Numbered from the stretch's first letter, positions 38,470 to 51,769 are shown. The stretch: DNA of 64,000 nt from Chrysemys picta bellii (GCF_011386835.1 NC_088800.1:52328001-52392000); one strand, 5' to 3'. Notes: generated by a model from the sequence alone, not told the origin. A program made the numbers and translations.

Positions 38470-38605
38470 TGGAGTCAGAAAACCTAGATATATTTGGCTT
38501 ACCAACTCGCCTGGTGCGTGATCCTTAGGCAAATCAATTCCCCTCCCGCCCTTTGGCTGTTTTGTCTGTTTAGATTGTAATTACCCTGGGGCAGGGACTG
38601 TCTCT
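38470..38605 (+). mobile_element. MIR/L2-tail-like SINE relic
   Basis: gagtcagaaaacctag...ttaggcaaatca...ttagattgtaa...ggggcagggactgtct. Confidence 0.5.
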
Positions 38606-38659
38606 CAATACTTAAATCTACCCACAGTACCCTCAATACTTAAGTGTGCCCACCTAGCC

Positions 38660-39312
38660 CAGGGGTGGGCACACTTTTTGGCCCGAGGGCCACATCTGGG
38701 TATGGAAATTGTATGGCAAGCCATGAACGCTCACAAAATTGGGGGTAGGGATGCGGGAGGGAGTGTGGGCTCTGGCTGGGGGTGTGGGCTGTGGGGTGGG
38801 GCCAGAAATGAGGAGTTCAGGATGCGGGAGGGGGCTGTGGGGGGAGATGAGGGCTCCGACTGGGGGTGCGGGGTTTGGGTGCAGGAGGGTGCTTTGGGCT
38901 GGGATCGAGGGGTTCTGAAGGTGGAAGGGGGATCAGGGCTGAGGCAGGGCCCCGGGGGGGGGGGTTTAGGGGTGCATACTCTGGGCAGTGCTTACCTCAA
39001 GCAGCTCCTGGAAGCAGCAGCTCTCCAAGCTGCCCTGTCCAAAGGTGTTGCCCTCTCAGCTCCCGTTGCCTGCGGTTCCCGGCCAATGGGAGCTGAGTGG
39101 GTGGGGCTTGGGGGGGCAGCATGTGGAGCCCACGATTACCCCTACGCATAGGAGCCGGAAGGGGGAAAATGCCGGCTGCCTCCTGGGAGCTACGTGGAGC
39201 CACGGCACACATGGAACGGGCCAAGCCCCTGACCCTGCTCCCTGGCGGGAGCTCGAGGGCCAGATTAAAAGGTCTGACAGGCCACATATGGCCTGCAGTT
39301 TGCCCATCCCTG
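38660..39312. mobile_element. hAT (Buster-type) MITE
   Basis: TIRs caggggtgggca/tgcccatccctg; TSD acctagcc/gcctaggc (6/8). Confidence 0.85.
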
Positions 39313-39438
39313 GCCTAGGCCAAGAGGTCCCTGATCTTAGATGGGGCCTCTGTGAGCTACTGAAATGCTACTAAAATAAATATTACTACTAGTGACCAAA
39401 CGGCAGGAATATACTTTACTTTACTGCATGTATGTATC

Positions 39439-39557
39439 CTCAATATATGTTCCATTCTATATGCATCCGAAGAAGTGGGCTGTAGTCCACGAAAGCTTAT
39501 GCTCTAATAAATTTGTTAGTCTCTAAGGTGCCACAAGTCCTCCTGTTCTTCTTTTTG
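39439..39557 (+). mobile_element. PLE terminal fragment with an intact minimal hammerhead motif
   Basis: GCAT-CCGAAGA-A-GTGGGC-tgta-GTCCAC-GAA-AGCT-T-ATGC at 39463-39502. Confidence 0.85.
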
Positions 39558-39995
39558 CATGTATGTTGTTTCCTTTTTACACTTCGTTCACCTTGGGATA
39601 GTGAAACTAGCCATTTTCATTTCTGAGTCACAGACACAACCACAATGTTGATACCACAACAACATTTAAGTGACCTGTCTTTCTATGTTAAAGTGTCCCA
39701 TGGGAGCAGCAGACCAAGAGAAGGAGTAGCGACATCTTTCCACCTATGAGAAACAACCTCATCCTGTGCTTCAAGAGGAGCAGTCAGACTTGACCTCTAT
39801 GGGAGATAAGCTTTGGTGAGAATGCAACAGGTGGTGGGCCTAGCGAATGCATAGCTTGATAAGAAGCCACAAGGAGGAAAGGCTTATGCCAGGTTTTTTT
39901 TATTTTATTTCAGAGTAGCAGCCGTGTTAGTCTGTATCCGCAAAAAGAAGAACAGGAGGACTTGTGGCACCTTAGAGACTAACAAATTTATTAGA

Positions 39996-40035
39996 GCATA
40001 AGCTTTCGTGGACTATAGCCCACTTCTTCGGATGC
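39996..40035 (-). ncRNA. Minimal type I hammerhead ribozyme motif (PLE type, U4C core variant), sense to the host pre-mRNA
   Basis: Minus strand reads GCAU CCGAAGA A GUGGGCUAUAGUCCAC GAA AGCU U AUGC; helix I and II pair; palindromic AGCU helix III. Confidence 0.7.
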
Positions 40036-40534
40036 ATATAGAATGGAACATATATTGAGGAGATATATATACACACATACAGAGAGCATAAACAGGTGGG
40101 AGTTGTCTTACCACCTCTGAGAGGCCAATTAATTAAGAGAAAAAAACTTTTGAAGTGATAATCAAGCTAGCCCAGCACAGACAGACAGTTAGATAACAAG
40201 TGTGAGAATACTTACAAGGGGAGATAGATAACAAGTGTGAGAATACTTACAAGGGGAGATAGATTTCAATGTTTGTAATGGCCCAACCATTCCCGGTTTG
40301 AATAAGGACTGGGAATGGTTGGGCCATTACAAACATTGAAATCTATCTCCCCTTGTAAGTATTCTCACACTTGTTATCTAACTGTCTGTCTGTGCTGGGC
40401 TAGCTTGATTATCACTTCAAAAGTTTTTTTCTCTTAATTAATTGGCCTCTCAGAGGTGGTAAGACAACTCCCACCTGTTTATGCTCTCTGTATGTGTGTA
40501 TATATATCTCCTCAATATATGTTCCATTCTATAT

Positions 40535-40574
40535 GCATCCGAAGAAGTGGGCTATAGTTCACGAAAGCTTATGC
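40535..40574 (+). ncRNA. Minimal hammerhead motif, antisense to host; one helix II substitution
   Basis: gcatccgaagaagtgggctatagttcacgaaagcttatgc. Confidence 0.6.
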
Positions 40575-41244
40575 TCTAATAAATTTGTTAGTCTCTAAGG
40601 TGCCACAAGTCCTCCTGTTCTTCTTTTATTTTATTGTAATTCTCTCTCTCATTTCTCTTCTTTTTTGTAAAGCTGAGTCCAGGGCTCCTACATCTGGGCA
40701 CCCTGCTGAAAACCGGTAACATTTGGGGGTTTCCTCTCTCATTTCCACCCTGCCTGGAAGAAGCAGAGGGAGGTTTTCTGCAGCAAAGGGCCAGCAGGCA
40801 GACATCACCACAGGAGTTAGAACCGTGAAGACTCAAGTGCAGCAGCAGGGAGCCCGCCATGGTGAGTGACTGAGGGAGAGCATCAGAGGCCCGTGAGTCT
40901 ACATACAGGAACCACAGTTCTGCTGGAATCCCTTTCAAAGGCCTTTTGCTGGCAGCATTTGCCATGATCAACGTTCCAGCCACCACAGACCATTTCTCAC
41001 ACAGACCTCAAGAATGTCTACGTTACGTGAAGTTTACCCAACTGGATCAAAGCAGCTCTGTAACTGATGCCATTTTGCTTCTGCAAGGATTAGAGGTATA
41101 GAAAGCAAGTAATACCTTGAGTGGACCAATGCAATAATAGCAATGCAAAAGCCAACTCCTTGTCATTGGCTAAAGACTGTGCAGAGGAGCTTTTAGTGCT
41201 TTTCCATCTGCTTTAGAAGAGAAGCTGCCCTAAGTTTCTCATGC

Positions 41245-41850
41245 AGTGTTGTAGCCGTGTTGGTCCCACGATGCTAGAGAGACACAGTGGGGGAGGTAAT
41301 ATCTTTTCTCTCACTAACTTCTGTTAGTGAGAGAGACCATTTGGGCTACACAGAGCTCTTCATCAGGGCTGGGAAATGCACTCTGAGTGTCACAACTAAA
41401 TACAAGGTGGAACAAATTGTTTCACTAAGTAGTTAACGCATACTTCAAGGGACCACTCAAGGTGAAGTGGCCAGTTAATACCTATCCAATCATAAGGGGG
41501 AAAAGGAGAAAAAATGCTGGGGGGATGTTACTGGGTTATAGATTTGTTGTAATAAGCCATAAATCGAGTGTCTCTGTTCAGTCCATGGTTGTTAGCCTGT
41601 AGCAAAGTTATGAATTTAAGCTCCCAGGCTCGTCTTTTGAAAGTGTTGTGCAGGTGTCCTGAAGGTGAGGACTGAGACATCAGATATGGAGCGACCGCTC
41701 TATGAAAAATGTTCACACACAGGTGACATGGTGTTTTTGTCTTTTATTGCTTTTCTGTGTGAGTTCACTTGAGAGCAGTGATTGTCTAGTTTTGCCCACA
41801 TAGTAGTTATTGGGGCATGTAGTACACCGGATGAGGTACACCATCCAGTA
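41245..41850 (-). mobile_element. Old PLE 3' fragment with a decayed GIY-YIG C-terminus
   Basis: Minus translation ...LHNTFKRRAWELKFITLL...HGLNRDTRFMAYYNKS is homologous to the GIY-YIG tail at 58569-58880; CTGATGA relic at 41360-41366. Confidence 0.75.
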
Positions 41851-42503
41851 CAGTAGACTGCCGGAAGAAGTACCATGCATGGTCACTTATGGTCTTTGAA
41901 GAATCACCTAAGAGCTGTTCATCTCATGGAGTCATAGGGGAGAAGAAAAGGAGTCCATAACACTTCAAGCACCATAAACCTTGACTACATTAGCATTTTT
42001 CAGGATCTCCCATGGCTCTACCACCATCAGTGCAGCAGCCTCAGTGGTAGCAAAAGGTGAGTACATTAGCATAGAGAGGACACATTTTTATCACCACGTC
42101 ATTTATAAAAACCACCTGCGTTCTGTATACATTGAGAAAATTCCCAGAAGAGGGTAGGCCTGACTCTGATTTCACTTCATTCAGATTTAAACCAGTAAAA
42201 CTTGATTGATCCCAATTCACACTGGTGCAAATGAGATCAGAATTAAACCCAAGCTCTTACTTCATTTTGAAAACTCATGTCTGGGGACCTCTGTGGAAAC
42301 TTTGTTAAGGAGAGCACAAGGCTTCCTTTCCATCCCACCCTATAGCACAAGAGCTTTCTAGCAAATGAACGTGTGTGAGGTGTGATATAATTTGTGTTTT
42401 CTAACTGCTGTGTGCATATATTCCTCCAGAGGCCTCCAATTTCTTTCTGTTGTGCAAAATATAGTCAGCATCAACTCCTGGGTAATTTATCACACGTGAC
42501 TAA

Positions 42504-42504
<1 letters not shown>

Positions 42505-42559
<55 letters not shown>
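42505..42559. repeat. (CA)n microsatellite
   Basis: Pure AC run. Confidence 0.98.
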
Positions 42560-42561
<2 letters not shown>

Positions 42562-45539
42562 GTCATTTGCTGACTAACATTTTCCAGTCCAGCTTCTATC
42601 TTTGAAAACTCTGCAGCCTTTGTTGTAAGGTGAATAACTAATGAATTCACTTGCAGTTTCTCACACTGTTGGGCGCTTCTAATAACACATAAGACTAAGT
42701 TAGACTGCAAGGAATGTATACGAAAGCACCTACTTAGTGTACAATACTCTAAGAACAGAAAGCTCTATTCCAGCAGCGGGAGACGGAGAAAGGGTATGTA
42801 AAAATGCAGAAGCCATTGTCTCGAGTATAAGGGAAGGACTTTTACCTTGTGAAAGCAGGTAGAAGGTCATCAGTTCAGTCCATTCACTTATTTTCCACAT
42901 TGGCTCTATGGGATCACAACCAATTCAAACAAAACATTGTTTTGTCCATTAATCAGCAGGTCACTTAGCCCCATCGCCATTTGAGCCATACCCTTTCTGT
43001 TTGTACGCTAGGTCCACTGAGGTTGCAGCCACCAGAAAACAGAAAACGCTTAAACACTGAGCTACAGAATGGAGATGCACTTGGAAAGAGGCAATTAAGG
43101 CCCTCACCTAGCAAAGATGTGCTCAGCTTTATGCTTGTGAGTAGACTCACTGACTCCCCAATAATTCTCTCCAAAACACACTCCTAATGTCAAAGTTAAG
43201 CACGTATGTAAATCCTTAAAGGACCAGAGCCTAAGTCACCAAGTTGATGAGGCCAGTTTAATTCTGCTCAAGTGGTGGTGAGACCTTAGCCAACTAGCTA
43301 GTTAACAAGGGAAAGAGGCTTTCACTAACCTTAAAATTAAACACTTTAAAACATATTCATAGGCGTAAAGTATGTGCTTTAGTACTTTGCTGGATTGGGA
43401 CATTACTTCCTATAAGTGATGGATAGAATCTTAATGAGGCCCCCGCAGTATAGGTAGAATGAGGACAGAGGAGATTGGAGGTCAGCCCTAGGACAAGTAG
43501 AAGCTCAGTGCTCACTACAGCATGGCCTCTGATGTTTGCTGAGAGATACGTTAGCAGAGGACGTTGGAGAATTATTTGCACTCCTCTACCACAATACTAA
43601 CAGGAAAGCAACTACGTCTGCTTCTACTATTGAAATAGTAGAAGGAGGAATGGTAGGAGAACTGGACGCATTTTTAGTGCTAATACAAATTAAGCCAACT
43701 GCTAGCACAGACTAGACTTCCAGTAAAAAAAAAAAAAAAGGAGGTTTTTGTGGTAGCTGTGTTGGTCAGGAGCTGGTCACATTTCACTGTTGGACAGAAT
43801 ATTACAGACTTCCTCAGTGCTCTTTTGTGGTGACAGTATTTAGAACAAGCCAGCCTCTTGGTTTGTGAGGCCAACAAACTTCTGTTCCAGATTGGAACTG
43901 CTCTGCTACACAGGAAATAAGAAACCTGATACAAGAGAAAGTTCCAACAGGCACTATGAGGGCATGTCAACACTATGTCTACAGCTGCCAATGTCTGTCT
44001 ATAGATCCAATTACAAATTTCAGTGGAATATTTTTAGCTGTTTTCTCCTACTGGGTTAAAAGAAAGTCTTTCAATAATACTATTTACAGCTTTGGGTTAT
44101 GATGTCCAAAACAAACTCTCCATCTCTTTTAAAAGATTGGGGGGTTATTGGGAAGTTGTCTTTCTTGAAAGAATTTTAAAGCACACAAGTACTATACTTG
44201 AAAACAGCATTACAAACGTAAAAAAAATTAAAAAACCAAAATCCTTAAAAACAAATACTTCATAAAAAAAATCAATGCAGTTACGGTCACTAGTCTATCA
44301 CATCATCTACAAAACCCAAGCACATAAAACCAAGGAAACAAACAGTTAAGAACATGGCAATCTTACTCCACCCACAGGATAAACATTCTGATCCAGTATA
44401 GAGAAACTTTTAATTACAACAGTTCAAGGAAATGTAACTACCTGGAAAGTTTGAAAGAGCAATCAGCTGTTTTGAGATAGAAGTAGTCAAAGTGGTAGAC
44501 AAAAGTCAAAATTTTGAAGCATTTTTTTTTAAATGACCTGTAACTCAAACAGTCTGATAAAATTTTCTTCACATTTTGCAGAAGACATTCTCTTTTGCTT
44601 TCAAAGCATACAATTTTCAGGCCAAACCAATTTTCCAGACAAAAGTGGTATGGAGACTAAAACAGGACTTTATAATGGAAATGTAATTGCAACTTTAACT
44701 ACAGACAGATGACAATGTCTCTAACGCAATACAACGCCCCATGTCCATGATAACAGGGCAAGCAAAAGCACATAGAACTCTGATCTCTTCAGAAAAGAAA
44801 CGGGAACCATCACTCAATCACTTAAAAATAAATAACAGACTTACTCCTACTGAATGATTTTGTAGCCATTTGTTATTATATAGGTATAGAGACATCTTTG
44901 CTAAGAAGAAATGTTATTGAAATAAAGGGAAAAAAGTCTATGCATATTCTTGTAATATTTTAAATAAAAGTTAGGAAAAAACCACACACACTCCCCACCT
45001 CACTCATCACTTCACATCCAATTTGAATACACTGGCTGCTATTGAAAAGTCAACGTTTACTACTTTGTGCTAAAAGCTAACTGTTGACATCTGAGACACT
45101 TATCAGTTCCCCTGTAATTATAAGAAATATTTTAACCGTAATAGGTTTGTAAATGTTCACTTTTTAATATCCATGTTATACAAAACAGATATATAAAAAG
45201 AAATTCTACCCATAAAGAATCTCCCATGCTGTTATTTGCTTTATTTACAAGGTAAAAAACTTCTTGTTATTGAAATTATGTGTTAAATCTCTCATTAATG
45301 GAGAGAAGGGAGACCTGAACATTCCTACTTTTTGTATATCATGTGACAGGCTCTGGTATGCTTTGGAAGTTACTATATAATGAAAGATTTTTTTATTTTC
45401 TGGTTAAGCTTTGAACACACTTCTCGGCATTAGAAACAGAAGGCTATCTGATCAGTTTTTTCTAACAGCGATTCTGACTAATGCTTAGATTCCTGTTCTA
45501 TATAGCACTATGCATATAGTCTACTTTTATTATTTATAG

Positions 45540-45962
45540 CAGAGGTCCCCAATCTGTGGGGTGTGCCCCCTAGAGGGGGGCGCAGAGGAATGTTCTGGGA
45601 GGGGGGCAGTGTGGGGCCTGGACCAGTCCCCCAGGGGCAGGAAGGGAGCGCCACTCGGCTCCGCTCTTGGCCCTGGCTGCCGGCCTCACACCTGAGGATC
45701 CGCTCCGCTCTCAGCACTGTGTACAGGGATCCATCCGCTCCTGGCTGCCAGCCCCACGTCCAGGTTCCTGGCTCCTGGCCCTGCAACCAGGGATCCACTC
45801 TCTGCCGCGGCTGCTGGCCCCGGCTTAGGTTCCACTCCCACCCCCAGTCTCGACCCTCTTGCCACTGTCTGTGTGCCCCCTCCCGAAGCCATGGCCCCAG
45901 TCCTGGCTGGGTGGGGACAGGGATAAGGGGGGAGCACGAGGTAAAAAGTTTGGGGATCACTG
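45540..45962. mobile_element. hAT (Buster-type) MITE
   Basis: TIRs cagaggtccccaa/ttggggatcactg; TSD atttatag/atgtatag (7/8). Confidence 0.87.
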
Positions 45963-46126
45963 ATGTATAGTCTCAAAAGATTCCTGCCACTGGCTTATCT
46001 GTATATTTGAAACAAACCTTCTCTCTAGCATTGTCTGATATGTAATCTCTACCTAATTATGTGAAACCTTGCTTTGGTGGGCATATATTATGTTTTCCTT
46101 TAATCTAATTTGTATGTGATCCCAAA

Positions 46127-46128
<2 letters not shown>

Positions 46129-46190
<62 letters not shown>
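46129..46190. repeat. (CA)n microsatellite
   Basis: Pure AC run. Confidence 0.98.
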
Positions 46191-46193
<3 letters not shown>

Positions 46194-48447
46194 TGATAAC
46201 CCAAGTGTTCCTTCAGAGCAGCAGTGTGCAGGACTGTGTTTTACATTTCACTGCACAGATTAAATATTAAACCCCAAGACAAAATGCAGAGAAGACAGGC
46301 TTAGATGTTTTACCTAGTTCTCCCTTTCCAAAAACAAAGATTAAAAGTGTTACAAAGTTAAAATATATCCTGGCAAAACCTTGCATTTCAATTTAGCCGA
46401 AAGGTCCTTTTACAGCTCCATTTAAACAGCTGTCTAGGGCAACCATGTAAAACCATTTGCAGGCTCCCTCTAACAAAGTTTGCTTTTATATTAACAGGCA
46501 AGATGTAAGCACATTTTCAAAGAACCCCCGATACAACATGGCACGTGAGATCTGCTCTAAATGCTTGATAAGGAATCATAGGGACAAGTAGACGAGATTG
46601 CTGTAATCTTATTCCATGTATAGAATTCAAATGGATTATTGTGAATATGTTTACCTCCATTTAAGTAAATACTCAACTTTTTATTAATGTATTTTAAGTT
46701 TTTATCAAGTAAGATAAAGCTTAACTGAAATTCCCATTTCCTTTCTTAAACATGTCCTAAGTAAGCCTCAGGGCTAAAAAGCAATACAAGAAGGGTTAAA
46801 AAAAATATAAGAAGGCTTAAAAAAAAAAAAAAAAGCAGCAAAATCTTATTTATGCGCAATGAATAATTAGCATCCCCTTTGAAATGAAGCCTTACACAAT
46901 CGAACAAGCTTTCTTCAGGCCATGAGAAAGGCATTCTTGGTGGTAGTAATATATACTTCCATGCCTTCAAGTATGGGATAGTTAAACTCTTGGTGCTGCA
47001 AATCAGATGGAATAATGCACCCACCAACACAGGCTATTAGGGAGAGTAGTCATACAAATCATCAAATGTATTGTTCTGTTTCCACTATCTGAGTCCAGGC
47101 CTACCAGTTGCTACAGAACAGCATTAATAGGAAGAGTTCTCTCTGAATATTAGCCTTCCCTTCCTGCTACAACCCCATATTTTGGGACAAACTCAGTCCT
47201 CATACAAAGCATCAGTAGAGTGCATGGGAGTTCCACAGGGACCAAAAGGAGGTATTCCCCTGTCCCAGGCTGCAAAACAGCAGCTCCCATTGACAGAAGC
47301 ATCTGAGCAACTGTTAAGACTCTGGCAGTAGCCTCCACTTTTGCTGTGCTCCTGCTTTAGGAGGTAAAGTGGAGAAGGCCAGGAACACACAGCTGTTCCT
47401 CAGATGTGCGCCTCCTATGCCACACTTCAGGAGAGGAGGAGCTCTTGGGAGCTGAACTCTGTAGCACTCGTTGAATCCAGGCCAGACACTGAATGGGCAC
47501 AAAGTCTGAACCTTTGACCATTCCTACGCTAGGGCAATTCTGCAGTGTTGCATTCCCAAGGAATTCATCTATTGTGTAAAACTATCAAACACTGTCCTAA
47601 TATGTAGCAATGCCTCACACTTTTCATCTGTGGATCTCAAAGCACGTCACACACATTAACTGATTACGCCTCCCATACATTATACATACAGTCCCTACCT
47701 GGGAGGGTATATCTTCTCCTTTCATGGGAGGAGTCTCAGCTTTGGCTTTTACTTGCTAAATCCTTCAGTGTTTATAAAAAGGTCAAGAAGAGAGTGCTCA
47801 GCTCTGCCCCAGGCACTTTTGACAGTCCTCTCTGGCAAGGAAAGGCCTTACAATTTTGGGAGTTAATTCCACTATCTGCCACTTTTTTTTTTTTTTTAAA
47901 CCTGTGGCATGCTAGTGGTATTCTATACAACATATAATGCTGTTAAAATTCCTGTATGGCCTGTATCAGAGAGCTACTCTTCTTTTCCCCCCATGTTCAC
48001 ACATTTCATGGTCAAATTATCTCCTATTCAAAGGCTTTAAAATCTTTTGCTCCCTGCAGGTTGAGCGCTGCTCGTGTTAGAGAATTCTGTACATATAGTA
48101 TACGGCAATGGCTGCACGGCTACATTTCTCTGCTTATCTGGAGTGCCATTATGCAAGCTTTCAAGGTCTGGGAATCAGGCTGTTGAGTGGTCCTGCCACA
48201 CGAAGGACATAATGGAGGAAACGTGTGATACAAATGCGTAATATAACCACGGAGATAGGATAAAACAATGGGACATTTTTAGAACAAGTTGATAATCAAT
48301 ATTCCATCTATTTGACCAAAAAAAGATAGTGGAGATGTAGCAATGCACCAGTTCTTCTGAAAAAATGGGATGCAATATATTAGCAGTTACATATTCACAT
48401 CAAGGGAAGAGACCCCTGAAAATCCAACTCCATGAGTTACTGTAAAT

Positions 48448-49139
48448 CAGAGGTGGGCAAACTATGGCCTGCGGGACCATCCTCCCTGGCCCTTGAGCTC
48501 CCAGCCGGGGAGTCTAGCCCCCGGCCCCTCCCCTGCTGTCCCCCTCCCCCGCAGCCTCAGCTAGCCATGCCGCCAGCGCTCTTGACTGTGGGGCTGCGAG
48601 CTCCTGCCGGGCAGCACGGTGGCGTGGCTGCCAGTCCTGCTGCTCTGAGCGGCATGGTAAGGAGGCAGGGAGCAGGGGGGTTGGATAAGGGGCAGGGAGT
48701 ACCAGGGGGCAGTCAGGGGACAGGATGCAGGGGGCTGTTGGATAGGGCGGAGCGGTCAGGGGACAGGGAACAGGGGGCAGTTGGATGGGGTGGAGGTTGG
48801 GGGGGGCGGTCAGGGGACGGGGAACAGGGGAGTTTGGATAGGCGTGGGAGTCCCTGGGGGCATGTCAGGGGGCGGGGGTGTGGACAGGAGTCAGGGCAGT
48901 CAGGGGACAGGGCAGTTAGTGGCAGGGGTCCTGGGAGGGGGCAGTCAGGGGACAGGGAGCAGGAGGGGTTGGATGGGTCAGAGATTCTGAGGGGGGCAGT
49001 CAGGGGGCAGGAAGTGGGAGGGGGCAGATAGGAGGCGGGGGATAGGCTGTTTGGGGAGGCACAGCCTTCCCTACCTGGCCCTCCGTACGGTTTCAGAACC
49101 CTGATGTGGCCCTCAAGCCAAAAAATTTGCCCATCGCTG
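48448..49139. mobile_element. hAT (Buster-type) MITE with a G-rich internal minisatellite-like tract
   Basis: TIRs cagaggtgggcaaa/tttgcccatcgctg; perfect TSD ctgtaaat (48440-48447, 49140-49147). Confidence 0.9.
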
Positions 49140-49960
49140 CTGTAAATAGTGGTGGGAGGTGACCCAAATTGATCCAGTGGAAAGAAAAAAAAGATTCCAA
49201 AATTGGATTGATATTTGAATTTGGAAGGGAGAGTACAAAGGTTTCCCACTGACCTGTATTCAGAACATATATTTTATTTATAGAGGCAGCATCCTTGGGT
49301 GGACTGAACACCGACACAAGAACACCAGAATTCTTATCCCATTTCTGCTGACACATTGTGACTTGCCAGAGGTGACACAAAGGGACAAAAGTTTTCAAAA
49401 GTAGCCTCGAGTTTTGCATGCTCAACTTGTGACATTTATGGCCTAGTTTTCAGAGGTGCTGAGCACCTACAACTCTAAAGTCAAGGGGAGCTGCAAGTCC
49501 CCATTACTTCTGAAAATAGTTGGGTCCTTGTCATCTCAACCTGGGCACTAAAATACTGAGGCATCCAAAAATCAGAGGATAACTTTTAAAAACTGGGCTT
49601 TAGCCTTTAATTCAAAAGGGTATGGACATATGGGAGGATTAGGTAACGTTTGGAAAGTACCTTTAATGCCATGAAGTTACCGTAAGTACAAAGAATCCTT
49701 ATTTTATAAAATGTCTTCTATTCTGTAGTTCTAGATAATGTACCCAAGTGTACTCAAGCGTACTCAAGCTGTTGCAAAGCCCCATACTAATTTGTATCCT
49801 GGAGAAGAGTAACGTGCATTTCTCATGCCAGAAAGACCACACATTCACACAGGTGTGGCCCAGTGATATAGAAAGGGACCTTAATCCAATTAAAAAAATA
49901 GAACTCTGCTATGTCTACCCCTTGGAATGCCATACAGCCTCTGGAAGCTTGCAGATCTCT

Positions 49961-51254
49961 TAGAATCATAGAATATCAAGACTGGAAGGGACCTCAGGAG
50001 GTCATCTAGTCCAACCCCCTGCTCAAAGCAGGACCAACACCAACTAAATCATCCCAGCCAGGGCTTTGGCAAGCCTGACCTTAAAAACCCCTAAGGAAGG
50101 AGATTCTACCACCTCCCTAGGTAACTCATTCCAGTGCTTCACCACCCTCCTAGTGAAAAAGTTTTTCCTAATATCCAACCTAAACCTCCCCCACTGCAAT
50201 TTGAGACCATTACTCCTTGTTCTGTCATCTGCTACCACTGAGGATAGTCTAGATCCATCCTCTTTGGAACCCCCGTTCAGGTAGTTGAAAGCAGCTATCA
50301 AATCCCCCCTCATTCTTCTCTCCTGCAGACTAAACAATCCCAGTGTCCTCAGCCTCTCCTCATAAGTCATGTGCTCCAGCCCCCTAATCATTTTTGTTGC
50401 CCTCCGCTGGACTCTTTCCAATTTTTCCACATCCTTCTTGTAGTGTGGGGCCCAAAACTGGACACAGTACTCCAGATGAGGCCTCACCAATGTCAAAAAG
50501 AAGGGAATGATCACATTCCTCGATCTGCTGGCAATGCCCCTACTTACACAGCCCAAAATGCCGTTAGCCTTCTTGGCAACAAGGGCACACTGTCGACTCA
50601 TATCCAGCTTCTCGTCCACTGTAACCCCTAGGTCAGTGGTTCTCAAACTTTTGTACTGGTGACCTCTCTCACACAGAAAGTCTCCGAGTGTGACCCCTCT
50701 AAAATTAAAATTAAAAACACTTTTTTATATATTTAATACCATTATAAATGCTGGAGGCAAAACGCGGTTTGGGGTGGAGGCTGAGAGCTCGCGACCCCCA
50801 ATGTAATAACCTCACGACCCCCTCAGGGGTCCCGATCTCCAGTTTGAGAACCCCTGCCCTAGGTTCTTTTCTGCAGAACTGCTGCCTAGCCATTCGGTCC
50901 CTAGTCTGTAGCAGTGCATGGGATTCTTCCGTCCTAAATGCAGGACTCTGCACTTGTCCTTGTTGAACCTCAGATTTCTTTTGGCCCAATCCTCTAATTT
51001 GTCTAGGTCCCTCTGTATCCTATCCCTACCCTCCAGCATATCTACCACTCCTCCCAGTTTAGTGTCATCTGCAAACTTGCTGAGGGGGCAGACCACGCCA
51101 CCCTCCAGATCATTAATGAAGGTATTGAACAAAACCAGCCCCAGGACCAACCTTGGGGCACTCCGCTTGATACCGGCTGCCAACTAGACATGGGGCCATT
51201 GATCACTACCCGTTGAGCCCTATGATCTAGTCAGCTTTCTATCCACCTTATAGT
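49961..51254 (-). mobile_element. 5'-truncated CR1 LINE (ORF2 C-terminus plus 3' tail), split by a hAT MITE
   Basis: ORFs 50812-51183 (FADD motif) and 50044-50646 (...[10 protein letters not shown]); attctatgattcta tail. Confidence 0.95.
50634..50856. mobile_element. hAT (Buster-type) MITE nested in CR1
   Basis: TIRs cagtggttctcaaact/agtttgagaacccctg (15/16); perfect TSD ccctaggt (50626-50633, 50857-50864). Confidence 0.95.
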
Positions 51255-51423
51255 CTTGTTTTGGTTTCTTTTTTAGGATGGGGTGGGGAGAGATAGATTA
51301 CTGTGCAGATCTGCGCTCCCAAAATTGTGTCCATCAGTCAAGAGAAGAGCATAACTGGAATTCAGCTGGGTGTACCCCAAGATTCAGAGCAAATGAGTTT
51401 TACCTACTGCAAAAATTCTAGGG

Positions 51424-51769
51424 CAGGGATTGGCAACCTTCAGCACATGGCCCATCAGGGTAATTCGCTGGCAGGCTGCAAGACATTTTGTTTACGTTGA
51501 CCGTCCGCAGGCATGTCCCCCCACAGCTCCCAGTGGCTGTGGTTTGCCATTCCTGGCCAATGGGAGCTGCGGGAAGCAGTGCGGGCCGCAGGGACGTGCT
51601 GTCCGCCGCTTCCCACAGCTCCCATTGGTCGGAAATGGCGAACTGTGGCCACTGGGAGTTGCGGGGGAGGCAGGGGGTGTGCCTGTGGACAGTCAACGTA
51701 AACAAAATGTCTCACGGCCCACTAGTGGATTACCCTGATGGACCACATGCCGAAGGTTCCCAACCCCTC
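51424..51769. mobile_element. Palindromic hAT (Buster-type) MITE
   Basis: TIRs cagggattggcaacctt/aaggttcccaacccctc; TSD ttctaggg/ttttaggc (6/8); internal inverted halves. Confidence 0.85.

Larger units (their letters stand above)
39910..40627. mobile_element. PLE insertion made of two inverted terminal repeats (long palindrome)
   Basis: Arms 39943-40294 and 40311-40627 with a 16-nt spacer; TSD-like ttttattttatt at 39898-39909 and 40624-40635. Confidence 0.92.

Noticed and set aside
42471-42710. ORF containing CVCVCV
   Set aside because: Translation of the (CA)n microsatellite.
49650-49672. Short ATG-to-donor motifs in phase 0 (MALK|gtac here; MIP|gtaagc near 61088-61096) as candidate alternative first exons
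   Set aside because: Too short to distinguish from chance, and no promoter evidence.
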